From NCBI RefSeq assembly GCF_009914755.1, contig NC_060931.1: a DNA stretch of 64,000 nt. The stretch is one strand, 5' to 3'. This DNA comes from the human T2T-CHM13v2.0 reference genome, Homo sapiens. Position 1 is the stretch's first letter. Every line of letters begins with the position of its first letter. Below the pieces are notes generated by a model. The model made no database searches, was not told where the DNA came from, and saw nothing but the letters and a program-made list of their open reading frames with translations. The position numbers were made by a program, and so were the translations under genes. Below, piece after piece: positions 28,801 to 42,500 of this stretch.

Positions 28801-31800
28801 TGTGAGTGCATAGAGGCCTCTGGTGAAAAAGGAAATACCTTCAGATAACAGCAAGAAAGAAGCTTTCTGAGAAACTGCTTTGTCATGTGTGCATTCATCT
28901 CACAGAGTTAAACCTTTCTTTGGTTTCAGCAGTTTGGAAACACTGTTTCTGTCCATTCTGCAAATGGACATTTGGGAGCTATTTGAGGCCAATGGTGAAA
29001 AAGTGAATATCCCAGGACAAAAACTAAAAGGAAACTATCTGAGAAACTGTTTTGTAATGTATTCATTCATCTGGCAGTGTTAAACATTTCTTTTCATTCA
29101 GCAGTTTGGAAATACTGTTTTGTTAGAATCTGTGAAGGGATATTTGATAGCTCATTGAGGCCATAGGCGAAAAAGCTTATATCTCAGGATAAAAAATAGA
29201 AGGAAGCTATCTGAGAAACTGCTTTGTGATGTGTGCATTCATCTCACATAGTTAAAGCTTTCTTGTGATTCAGCAGTTTAGAAACACTGTTTTTGTAGAA
29301 TTTGTGAAGGGATATTTGATAGCTCATTGAGGCCACTGGTGAAAACGTTAACATCCCATGATAAAAACTGGAAAGAAACTAATTGAGAAACTACTTAGTG
29401 ATGTATGAATTCATCTCGCAGAGTTAAACCTTTCTTTTCATTCAGTAGTTTGCAAACACCATTTTGGTGGAATCTGTGAAGGGATATTTGGGAGTGCATT
29501 GAGGCCGATGGTGAAAAGGGAAATATCTTCAGATAACAGCAAGAAAGAAGCTTTCTGAGAAACTGCTTTGTGTTGTGTGCCTTCGTCTCACAGAGTTAAA
29601 CCTTTCTTTGGATTCAACAGTGTGGGACACTGTTTTTGCAGAATCTGCAAAGGTATATTTGGGAGCTAATTGAGGTCAAAGAGGAAAAAGCAAATATCCC
29701 AAGATAAAAACTGGAAGAAGGTGTGTAAGAAACCACTTTGTGATGAATGCATTCATTGCAGAGTTAAACATTGCTTTTCATTCAGCAGTTTGGAATCACT
29801 GTTTTTGTAGAATCTGCAAAGGGATATTTGGGAGCGCATTGAGTTCTATGGTTAAAAAGGAAATATATTTGGATAAAAACAAGAAATAAGCTTACAGAGA
29901 AATTGCTTTGTGATGTGTGCATTCATCTCACAGATTTAAACCTTTCTTTGGTTTCAGCAGTTTGGAAACACTGTTTTTGTCCATACTGAGAATGGACATT
30001 TGGGAGCTCTTTGAGGCCAATGGTGAAAAAGTCAATATCCCAGGATAAAAACTAGAAGGAAACTATCTGAGAAACCATTTTCTGATGTATTCATTCATCT
30101 TGCAGTGTTAAATACTTCTTTTCATTCAGCAGTTTAGAAACACTGTTTTGTTGTGTGCATTCGAGTCACCAAATTAAACCTTTCTTTGTATTCAGTAGTT
30201 TGCAAACACAGTTTTTGTAGAATCTGCGAACAGATATTAGACAGCTTATTGAAGCCCTAGGTGAAAGAGTGAATTTCCCAGGAGAAAAACTAGAAGGAAA
30301 CTATCTGAGAAACCATTTTGTGATGTGCATTCATCTCACAGAGTTAAACCTTTCTTTTCATTCAGCAGTGTGGAAACTGTTTTTGTAAAATCTGCATAGG
30401 GATATATGACAGTGCATTGAGGCCTATGGTGAAAATGGAATTCTCTTCAGAGAAAAACTAGAAAGAAGCTTTCTGAGAAACTGTTTTGTGATGTGTTCAT
30501 TCAGCTCACAAATTTGAACCTTACTTTGGAATCAGCAGTTTGGAAATACTGTTTTTGTCCTTTCTGTGAAAGGACATTTGGGAGCTCCTAGAGGCCAATG
30601 GTGAAAAAGCAAATATCTCAAGATAAAAACTAGAAACACATTATCTGAGAAAGCAATTTGCTATGTGTGCATTCATTTCACAGAGTAAAATTTTGCTTTC
30701 ATTCAGCAATTTGGAAACACTGTTTTCTTAGAATCCATTAAGAGATATTTTGTAGCACAATGAGGCCTATGGTGAAAAGGAAATGTCTTCAGATAAAAAC
30801 CCAAAGGAAGCATTCTCAGAAACTACTTTGTGATGTGCACATTCATCTTACAGTGTTAAAACGTTCTTTGGATTCAGCAGTTTAGAAACACTGGTTTTGG
30901 TCATTCTGCAAAAGGAAATTTGGGAGCTCATTGAGTCCAATGGCAAAAAACGTATATCCCAGGGTAAAAACTAGAAGGAAGCTATCTGAGAAAACTCTTT
31001 GTGATGTGTGCATTCATCTCACAGAGTTAAAACTGTTTTCATTCAGCTGTTTGGATACAGTGTTTTTTTTTTTTTAATCTGCGAAGGGATATTTGGGAGT
31101 GCATTGAGGCCTATGGTGAAAAAGGAAATATCTTCAGATAAAAACTAGAATCTTTCTGAGAAACTGCTTTGTGATGTGTGCATTCATCTCACAAAGATAA
31201 ACCTTTCTTTAGATTGAGCAGTTTGGAAATGCTGTTTTGTAGAATCTGCAAAGGGATATTTGGGAGCCATTGAGGCCTATGGTGAAAAAGGAAATATCTT
31301 GAGATAAAAACTAGAAAGAAACTTTCCAAGACCCTTCTTTGTGATGTGTCCATTCATCTCACAGAATTAAACCTTTCTTTGGATTCAGCAGTTTGGGAAC
31401 ACTGTTTTTGTAGAATCTGTGAAGGGATATTTGGGAGCTGATTGAGGCTATAGGAGAAAAAGTGAATATCCCAGGATAAAAACTAGAAGGAAGCTAATTG
31501 AGAAACTACCTTATGATGCATGCTTTCAACCCACAGAGCTAAATCTTTCTTTGAATACTGTATTTTCGAAACACTGTCTTTGTAGAATCTGTGAATGGAT
31601 ATTTTGGAGCTCATAGAGGCCAAATGGGAAAAAGCGAATGTCCCTGGATAAAAATTCAAAGGAATCTGTCTGAGAAGCCACTTTGTGACGTCATCTCAGA
31701 GATATAAGCCTTTATTTTCATTCAGCAATTTGGAAACACTGTTTTGGTAGAATCTGTGAAGGGATATTTGGAAGCACATTGAGGCTTATGTTGAAAAAAG

Positions 31801-33558
31801 AAATATCTTCCGATAAAAATTTGAAAGAAAGTTTCAGAGAAACTGCTTTGAGATGTGGACATTCATCTTACAGAGTAAACATTTGTTTGGATTCAGCAGT
31901 TTGGAACACTGCTTTTATAGAATATGTGAAGAGATATTAGATAGCTAATTGAGGCAATTGGCAAAAAAGTAAATAGCCCAGGACAAAAACTAGAAGGAAG
32001 TTATCTGAGAAACCACTTTGTGATGTGTGCATTCATCTCACAGAGATAAACACTTCTTTTGATTCAGCACATTGGAAACCATGTTTTGGTAGAATCTGTG
32101 AATGAATATTTGGGAGCACACTGAAGCCTATGATGAAAAAGAAAATACCTTCAGAAAGATATGTGAAACCACTAGAAGAAAGATATGTGAGACACCACTT
32201 TGTGATGTGCTCATTCACTTCGCAGAGTCAAACCTTTCTTTTCATTCAGCAATTTGGAAACACTGTTTTGATAGGATCTGTGAAGGGATATTTGGGAGCG
32301 CCTTTAGGCTTATGGAGAAAAAGGAAATACCTTCAGATAAAAACTAGAAAGAAGCTTTCTGAGAAACTGCTTTATGATGTGTGCATTCATCTCACAGAGT
32401 TAAACTTTTCTATCAATTCTGCAGTTTGGAATCACTGTTTTTGTCCATTCTACTCATGTACGTTTTTACCTCATTGAGGCCAAAAGTGAAAAAGCATATA
32501 GCCAAGGATAAAAACCAGAAGACAGCCATCTGATGGACTGCTTTGTGACGTGTGCATTCATCTTACACAGTTAAACCTGTCTTTTCACTCAGCAGTTTGG
32601 AACCTCTGTTTTGGTAGAATCTTTGAAGGGATAATTTCCAGCGCAATGAGGCTTATGGAAAAAAAGGTAATATCTCCAGATAAAAACTAGAAAGAAAGTT
32701 TCTGAGAAACTTCTTTCTGATGTTTGCATTCATCTCAAAGAGTTAAACATTTCCTTGTATTCAGTAGTTTGGAATCACTGTTTTTGTCCATTCTATGAAT
32801 TTACATTTTGGAGCTCATTGAGACCAAAGGTGAAAAATTGATTATCCAAGGATAAAAACTAGAAGAAATCTGTTTGAGAAACTGCTCTGTGATGTGTGCA
32901 TTCATCTCGCACAGATAAACTTTTATTTTCATTCAGCCTTTTGGAAAATCTGTTTGGTAGAATCTGTGAAGGGATAATGGGGAACGCAATGAGGCCTATA
33001 GAAAAATAGGTAATATTTTCAGATAAAAACTAGAAAGAAGCTTTCTCAGGAAATGCCTTATGATATGTATATTCATCTCACAGAGTTAAATATTTTTTTG
33101 GATTCTGCAGCTTGGAAAAAATGTTTTGTAGAATTTGCAAATGGATATCAGATCATTGAGGTGATAGGCAAAAAAGTGAATATCCCAGGATAAAAACTAG
33201 AAGGAAGCTATCTGAAAAACCACCTTGTGATGTGTGCATTCATCTCATGGAGTTAAAACTTCTTTTTCATTCAGCAGTTTGGAAACCCTGTTTTTGTAGA
33301 ATCTGCAAATGGATATTTGGGAACACATTGAGGCCTAAGGTGAAAAAGGTAATATCGTCAGATAAAAACTCAAAAAAAGCTTTCTGAGAAACTGCTATGT
33401 GATGTGTGAATACCTATAAGTGATTTAAAACTTTCTTTGGATTCAGCAGTTTGGAAACACCGTTTTTGTCCATTCTGTGAATGGACATTTGGGAACTCAT
33501 TAAGGCTAATCACGAAAAAATGAATATCCCAGCATAAAAACTAGAAGGAAGCTCTCTG
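16833..33558 (+). repeat. Alpha satellite, diverged dimer-like array
   Basis: ~16.7 kb of uninterrupted monomers in forward orientation. Confidence 0.98.
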
Positions 33559-36500
33559 TATGAAAAGTCGAATTTAATTCTGTAAGATGAATGCATGCAT
33601 CTCAAAGTGGTTTCTCAGATAGCTTCCTTATATTTTCACCTTTGGCCTCCATGATCTTCCAAATATTCCTTTGTAGATTCTTCCAGAACAGTGTTTACAA
33701 ACTAATGAATCCAAAGACAGGATTAACTTTTTGAGATGAATGTACACATCACAAATTTGTTACTCATATAGCTTCTTTCCAGTTTTTATCCTGGGATATT
33801 CACTTTTTTGCCTTTGGCCTCAGTGTGCTCCCAAGTATCCCTTTGCAGATTCTACCAAAACAGTGCTTCCAAACTGCTAAATGAAAAGAATGATTTAACT
33901 TTGTGAGATGAATGCACACATCACAAAGCTTTTTCTCAGATAGTTTCCTTGTAGTTTTTATCCTGGGATACTCTTTTTTTGCCTATGGCCTCAATGAGCT
34001 ACCAAATATCCCTTTGTAGAATCATCTAATACAGTGTTTCCAAACTGCTGAATGAAAGAAAAGTTTAATTCTGTGAGATGAATGCACACATCTCAACGAA
34101 GTTTCTCAGAAAGTTTCTTTCTGTTTTTTATCTGAAGATATTTCCTTTTTCACCATAGGCCTCAATGGGCTCCCAAATATCCCATCACAAATTATACCAA
34201 AACTGTGTTTACAAACTGCTGAATGAAAAAAAAGTTTTTACTCTGTGAGATGTATGCATATATCACAAAGCAGTTTTTCAGGTAACTTTCTTATAGTTTT
34301 TATCCTGGGATATTCACATTTTCCTTATTGGCCTCAATGACCTCCAAAATGTCCATTCACAGAAAGACAAAAACAGTGTTTTCAAATTGCTAAATCCAAA
34401 TAAAAGTTTACCTCTGTGAGACGAGTGCAGACATCATCAACAGTTCCTCAGAAAGCTTCTTTCTAGTTGTTATATGAAGATATTTCCTCTTTCACCATAT
34501 GCTTCAAAGAGTTGCTGAATATCCCATAGTGGATTTTACAAAAACCGTGTTTCCAAACTGCTGAATCCAAAAAAAGGTTTACTGTGAGAGATGAATGCAC
34601 ACATCACAAAGCAGTTTCTCAGAATGCTTCTTTCTAGTTTTTATCTGAAGATATTTATTTTTCACCGTAGGCCTCAATTCGCTCCCAAATATCCCTTCAC
34701 AGATTATACCAAAAGAATGTTTCCAAACGGCTTAATGAAAATAAAGTTTTAACTCTGTGAAATAAATGTGCCCATCACAAACACTTTTTCAGAAAGCTTC
34801 TTTCTAGTTTTTATCTGAAGTTGTTTTGTTTTTCACCATAGGCCACAAAGCTCTCCCAAATATCCCATAGGAGATTCTACAAAAACAGGGTTTCCAAACT
34901 GCTGAATGAAAAGGAAGGTTTAACCCTGTGAGTTGAATGAACACATCAGAAACTGGTTTCTCAGATAAATTCCTTCTAATTTTCATCATGGGATATTCAC
35001 AATTTTGCAACTGACCTCGATGACCTCCAAAATGTCCATTCGTAGAGTGGCAAAAACAGTGCTTCCACAATGCTGAATGCAAAGAAAGGTTTAACTCTGT
35101 GAGATGGATGCTCATATCACAAACCAGTTTTTCAGAGAACTTCTTTCTAGTTTTATCTTAAGATATTATCTTTTTCACTGTAGGCCTCTATGAGCTCCCA
35201 AATATCCCTTTGCATATTCTACAAAATCAGTGTTTAAAACTGCTGAATGAAAAGAAAGGTTTAATGCTGTGAGATGAAAGCACATTTCACAGAGTGGTTT
35301 CTCGGACAGCTTCCTTCTAGTTTTTATGCTTGGATATTCACTTTTTCGTCTATGGACTCAATGAACTATCTAATATCCCTTCACAGATCCTACAAAAGCA
35401 GTGTTCCCAAACTGGTGAATCCTAAGATACATTTAACTCTGTGAGATGAATGCACACATCACAGAGGGGTTTCTCAGAACACTTCTTTCCAGTATTTATC
35501 TGAAAATATTTCTTTTTTCGTCATAGAAAAATGCATCCCCAATATCCCTTTGCAGATTCTACAAAAGCAGATTTTCCAAAATGCTGAATGAAAATAAATT
35601 TTTATATCTGCAAGATGAACGCACACATCACAAAGCAGTTTCTCAGGAAGCATCCTTTGAGTTTTTATTAAGGGATATTCACTTTTCTTCACCACTGGCC
35701 TCGATGAGCTCCCAAATATCCCTTCACAGATTCTATAAAAACAGTGTTACAAAATTACTGAATCCAAAGAATGGCTTACCTCTGTGAGATGAATGCACAC
35801 ATGACAAAGCAGTTTCTCAGAAAACTTTTTTCTAGTTTTCATCTGAAGATATTTCCTTTTTCACCATACTCCTCAATTTACTCCCAAATGTCACCTCACA
35901 GATTCTACCAAAACAGCGTTTCCAAACTGTTGAATGAAAAGAAAAGTTTACCTCTGCCAAATGACTTCACACATCACAAAACATTTTCTCAGATAGCTTG
36001 CTACTTGTTTTTATCCTGGGATATATGCTTTTTTGCCATTGACCTCAATGAGGTCCCGAATGTCCATCAGCAGAATGGACAAAAACAGTGTTTCTGAACT
36101 GCTTAATTCAAAGAAAGGTTTAACTTTTTGAGAAGAAAGCACACATCACAAAGCGGTTTTTCTGATAGCTTCCTTGTAGTTTTTATCCTGGGATATTTGC
36201 AATTTCACAATTGGCCTCAATGATCTCCAAATTCTCCTTTTGCAGAATGGACAGAAACTGTGCTTCCAATCTGCCTAATCCAAAGAAAGGTTTAACTCTG
36301 TGAGAAGAATGCATACAAAACAAAGCAGTTTCTCAGCAAAAATCTTTCTAATTTTTATATGACTATATTTAGTTTTTCACCATGGACCCCAAAGCACCCC
36401 CAAATATCCCTTCACAGATTCCACTGAATCAGTGTTTCCAAATTGCTGAATTAAAAGAAAGTTTAACTCTGTGAATGAATGCACACAACACAAACCAGCT

Positions 36501-39500
36501 TCTCAAATAGCTTCCTTCTAGATTTTATCCTGGGATATTAATTTTTTCACCATTGACCTAAACAAGGTCCCAAATGCCCATTTGCAGAATGGACAAAAAC
36601 AGTGGTTCCAAACTGCTGAATCCAAAGAAAGGTTTAAGTTTGTGAGATGAATGCACACATCACAGATCAGTTTCTAAGAAAGTTTCTTTCTAGTTTTATC
36701 TGAAGATATTTCCTTTTTCATAGAGGCCTCAATGCACTTCCAAATATCTTTTTGCAGATTGTACAAAAACTGTGTTTCCAAGCTGCTTAATGAAAGGAAA
36801 GTTTTAACTCTGTGAGATGAATGCAACACATCACAAGGCGGTTTCTCAGATAGATTCCTTCTAGTTTTTATCCTGGGATATTTGCTTTTTTGCCTGTGGC
36901 TTCAATGAGCTATTTAATATCCCTTGGCAGATTCTACAAAAACAGCGTTTCCAACTGCTGAACCCAAGGAAAAGTTTAACTCTGTGAGACGAATGCACAC
37001 ATCACAAAGCTGTGTCTCTGAAAGATTCTTTCTAGTTTTTAGCAGAAAGTATTTCCTTCTTCAGCATAGGCCTCAATGCGCTCCCAAATATCCCTTCACA
37101 GATACTGCAAAAATAGTGTTTCCAAACAGCTGAATGAAAAGAAAATTGTATGTCAATGAGAAGAATGCACCCTTCATGATGCAGTTTCTCACATAGCTTC
37201 TTTCTAGTTTTTAATTCAGGGCTATTTGCTTTTTTGCCTTTTGCCTCAATTACCTCCCAAATATCCCATCACAGATTCTACAAAAGCAGTGTTTCCAAAT
37301 GGATGAATCCAAAGAAAGTTTTAACTCTCTGAGATGTATGCACACCTCAAAAAGCAGTTTCTCAGAAAGCATTTTTCTAGTTTTCATCTGAAGATATTTC
37401 CTTTTTCACCATAGGACTCAATGCCCTCCCAAATATCCCTTCACAGATTCTAGTAAAACAGTGTTTCCAGTCTGCTAAATGAAAAGAAACGTTTGACTCT
37501 GCAGAATGAATGCACACATCACAAAGCAGCTTCTCTGATAGCTTTCTTCTTGTTTTTATCCTAAGATATTCACTTTTTTCCTCTGGCCTCAATGAGCTAC
37601 AAAATGTCGACCTGCAGAATGGAGAAAAACAGTATTTCCAAACTGCTGAATCCAAAGAAAGTTTTAACTCTGTGAGATGAATGTAGACATCACTAAGCAG
37701 TTTCTCAGAATGCCTCTTGCTAGTTTTTATCTGAAGATATTTCCTTTTTCACCATACGCATCAAAGCGCTCCCAAATATCCCTTCGCAGATTCTACAAAA
37801 AAGTGTTTCCAAACTGCTGAATGAAAAGAAAGGTTTAACTCTGTGAAATGAATGCACACATCAAAGAGTGGTTTCTCAGATAGCTTTCTTAAAGTTTTTA
37901 TCCTGGGATATTCACTTTTTTGCCTATGGCCTCAATGAACTATCAAATATCCCTTTGCAGATTCTACAAAAACAGTGTTCCCCAACAGGTGAATCCTAAG
38001 AAATATTTAACTCTATGAGACGAATGCACACATCACAAAGCAGTTCCTCAGAAAGCTTCCTTTGAATTTTTATCTGAAGATATTTCCTTTTTCACCATAG
38101 GCCTTAAAGCATCCCAAATATCCCTTTGCAGATTCTACAAAAGCTGTTTTTCCAAAATGCTTAATGAAAAGAAAGGTTTATGTCTGCATGGTGAATAAAC
38201 ACATCACTAAGCAGTTTCTCAGATAGCATCCTTCAAGTTTTTATCCAGGAGTTTTTCCTTTTTCAGCATAGGCCTCAATGAGCTCTGAAATATCCCTTCA
38301 CAGATGCTACAAAAACAGTTTTACAAAATTACTGAATCCAAAGAAAGGTTTAACTCTGTGAGATGAATGCAGACATGACAAAACAGTTTCTCAGAAAGCT
38401 TTTATTTTAGTTTTCTTCTGAAGACATTTCATTTTCCACCATACCCTCCATGCACTCCCAAATATCCCCTCATAGATTCTATCAAAACAGTGTTTCCAAA
38501 CTGCTGAATGAAAAGAAAGTTTTAACACTGTGAAATGAATTCACACATCCAAACACTTTCTCAGATAGCTTGCTTCTTGTTTTTATCCTGAGATAAACAC
38601 TTTTTCACCATTGACCTCAATAGGGTCCCAAATATCCATTCACAGAATGGACAAAAGCAATGTTTTCAAACTGCTGAATTCAAAGAAAGGTTTAACTCTG
38701 CGAGATGAATGCACACATCACGAAGCAGGTTCTCAGAAACTTTTCTACTCTATATCTGAAGATATTTCTTTTTTGACCTTAGGCCTCATGTGCTCCCAAA
38801 TATCCCTTCGCAGATTCTATGAAAACAGTGTTTCCAAATTGCTTAATTAAAAGAAAGTTTAACTCTGTGAGATGAATGCCCACATCAAAAAGCAGTTTCT
38901 CAGAAAGCTTCTTTCTAGTTTTCTTCTGAAGATATTTCCTTTTTCACCATAGGTCTCAAAGCACTCCCAAATATCCATTCGCAGATTCTACCAAAACAGT
39001 GTTTCCAAACTGCTGAATGAAAAGAAAGGTTTAAGTCTTCGAGATGAACACACACGTCATAAATCGGTTTCCCAGTTAGCTTCCTTCTAGTTTTTATCCT
39101 GAGACATTCATTTTTTCACCTATGACCTTAACGTGCTATTTTATATCCCTTTGCAGATTATGTAAAAACAGTGTTTCCAACCTTCTGAATCCAAAGAAAG
39201 GTTTAATTCTGTGAAATGAGTGCACACATCACAAAGCAGTTTCTCAGAAAGCTTCCTTCTAGTTTTTCCTCTGAAGATATTTCCTTTGTCAACAAAGGCC
39301 TCACTGCACTCCAAAATACCCCTTCGAGGATTCTACCAAAATAGTTTTCAAACTGCTGAATGAAAAAGAAAGGTTTAACTGTGAGATGAATGAACTCATC
39401 ACAAGCCAGTTTCTCAGAGAATTTCCTTCTAGTTTTCTTTCTGGGATATTCCCTTTTTCCCCGATGGCCTCAATGAGAACCCAACTATCCATCGTCAGCT

Positions 39501-42500
39501 TGCACAAAAACAGTGTTTCCAAACTTCTGAATCCAAATAAAGGTTTAACTCCATTGGATAAATGTGCACATCACAAAGCAGTTTCTAAGAAAGCTTCTTT
39601 CTACTTTTTCTCTGAAGATATTTCCTTTTTCATCACAGTCTTCAATGCGCTCCCAAATATCCCTTCAAAAATTCTACCATAACAGTGTTTCCAAACTTCT
39701 GAATGAAAAGAAAGGTTTAACTCTGTGAGATGAAAGCACACATTACAAAGCAGTTTCTCAGAAAGCTGCTTTCTAGTTTTTATCTGAAGATATTTACTTT
39801 TTCACCATAGGCCTCAGTGTGCTCTGAAATATTCATTCACATATTCTACCCAAACAGTGTTTCCAAACTGCTGAATGAAAATAAAGGTTTAACTCTTCGT
39901 GATGAATGCACACATCACAAAGCCATTTCTCTGATAGCTTCCTTCTAGTTTTTATCCTGGGATTTTGGCTTTTTCACATATAACCTCAGTGATCTACAAC
40001 ATATCCTTTCACAGATTCTACAAAAACAGTATTTCCAACTGCTGAATCCACAAAAAAGTTTAACTCTGTGAGATGAATGCACACATTGCAAAGCACTTTC
40101 TAAGAAAGCCTCTTTCCAGTTTTTATCTGAAGATATTTCCTTTTTCACCAGAGGCCTCAATGGGCTCCTAAATATCCCTTTGCAGATTATAGTAATACAG
40201 TGTTTCCAAACTGCTGAATGAAAAGAAAGGCTTAACTCTGTGAGATGAATGCACACATCACAAAGCAGTTTCTCAGAAAGATTCTTTCTAGTTTTTATCG
40301 GAATATATTTCTTTTTTTCCATAAGCCTCAATGCTCTCCTGTATATAACTTTGCAGATTCTACCAAAACAATGTTTCCAAAGTGCTGAATGAAAAGAAAG
40401 TTTTACCTCTGTGAGACGAAGGCAAACTTCATAAAGTTGTTTCTCATCTAGCTTCCTTCTAGTTTTTATCCTGGGATTTTCTCTTTTCTGCCTATGGCCT
40501 CTATGAGCAATTAAATATCCCTTCCCAAATTCTACAAAAACAGGGTTTCCTAACTGCTGAATGAAGAGAAATGCTTTTCTCTCATTGGTGAATGCACAGA
40601 TCACAAAGTTGTTTCTCAGAAAGCTTTCTTGTAGTTTTTCTCCTGGAATGTTCACTTTTTTGCATTTGGCCTCAATGACCTCCCAAATGTCCCTTTGCAG
40701 ATTCTACCAAAACAGTGTTTCCACACTGCTGAATGAAAAGAAAGTTTTAACTCTGTGAGATGACGGCACACATCACAGAGTGGTTTCTCAGATAGCTTCC
40801 TTTGGGTTTTTATCCTTGGATATTCGCTTTTTCACCTATGGCCTCAAAGAGCTATCTAATATCCCTTCGTAAATTCTAAAAAAGCAGTGTTCCCAAAACG
40901 GTGAATCCTAAGAAACTTTTAACTCTGTGAGAGGAATGCACACATCACAAAGCAGTTTCTCAGAAAGCTTCTTTCGAGTTTTTATTGAAGATATTTCCTT
41001 TTTAACCATAGCCCTCAATGCATCCCAAATATCCCTTTGCAGATTCTACAAAAGTAGTTTTTCCAAAATGCTTAATGAAAAGAAAGGTTTATGTCTGCAT
41101 GATGAATGAACACATCACAAAGCAGTTTCTCAGGTAGCATCCTTCAAGTTTTTATCTGGGGTATTCACTTTTTCACCTTTGGCCTTGATGAGCTCCCAAA
41201 TATCCCTTCGCAGATTCTACAAAAACAGTGTTACAAAATTACTGAAACCAAAGAAAGGTTTAACTCTGTGAGATGAATGCACACATGGCAAAGCAGTTTC
41301 TCAGAAAGCCTTTTTTTAGTTTTCATCTGAAGATATTTCCTTTTTCAACTTACCCTTCAATGTGCTCCCAAATATCCCATTGCATATTCCACCAAAACAG
41401 CGTTTCCAACCTGCTGGATGAAAGGAAAGGTTTGGCACTGCGAAATTAATTCACACATCACAAAGCATTTTCTCAGATGGCTTGCTACTTCTTTTTATCC
41501 TGGTATATATGCTTTTTTGCCTTTGACCTCAATGAGGTCCCAAGGGTCCATTCACAGAATGGACAAAAACAGTGTTTCTAAACTGCTGAATTCAAAGAAA
41601 GGTTTAACTATGTGAGATGAATGCACACATCACAAAGTAGTTTCTCAGAAACCTTCTTTCTAGTTTTTATGTGAAGATATTTGCTTTCTAACCATAGGCC
41701 TCAATGTGCTCCCAAATATCCCTTCCCAGATTCTACGAAAACAGTGTTTCCAAATGGCTGAATGAAAGGAAAGGTTTAACTCGTTGAGATGAATGCATGG
41801 ATCACAAAGAGGTTTCTCAGATATCTTCCTTCTAGTTTTTATCCTGTGATATTCTCTTTTTTGCCTGTGACCTCAATGAGTTGTCTAATATTCCTTCACA
41901 GATTCTACAAAAACAGTGTCTACAAACTGCTGAATCCAAAGAAAGGTGTAATTCTTTGTTATGAATGCATAAATCACAAAGCAGTTTTTCAGAAAGCTTC
42001 TTTCTAGTTTTTATATGAAGATATTTTCTTTTTCACCACAAGCCTCAATGTGCAATGAAATATCCCTTTGCAGATTCCACAAAAACTGTTTCCAAACTAC
42101 TGAAAGAAAAGTAAGGTTTAACTCAGCAGCATGAATGCATAAATCCCAAAGTGGTTTCTCAGATAGCTTTCTTCTAGTATTTATCCTGGGATATTCGCTT
42201 TTTCACTTTTCACCTCGATGACCTCCAAAATGTCCATTTGCAGAATGGACAAAAACAGTGTTTCCAAACTGTTGAATCCAAAGACAGTTTTAACTCTGCA
42301 AGATGAATGCAGACATCACAAAGTGATTTCTCAGGTAGCTTCTTTTCAGCTTTTATCCTGGGGTATTCATTTTTTCACCATTAGCCTCAAGGAGTTCCCA
42401 AATGTCCATTCCCAGAATGGACAAAAACAGTGTTTCCAAACTGCAAACTGCGAACACAAAAAAAGGTTTAACCCTGTGACATGAAAGCACACATCACAAA

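Noticed and set aside
39945-40655. 236-aa ORF with repeated C/H-rich motifs (LCDVCIHLTEL, WKHCF) resembling a zinc-finger repeat protein
   Set aside because: It is a translation of consecutive alpha monomers. 171 bp is a multiple of 3, so frames persist by chance, and the spacing is not C2H2.
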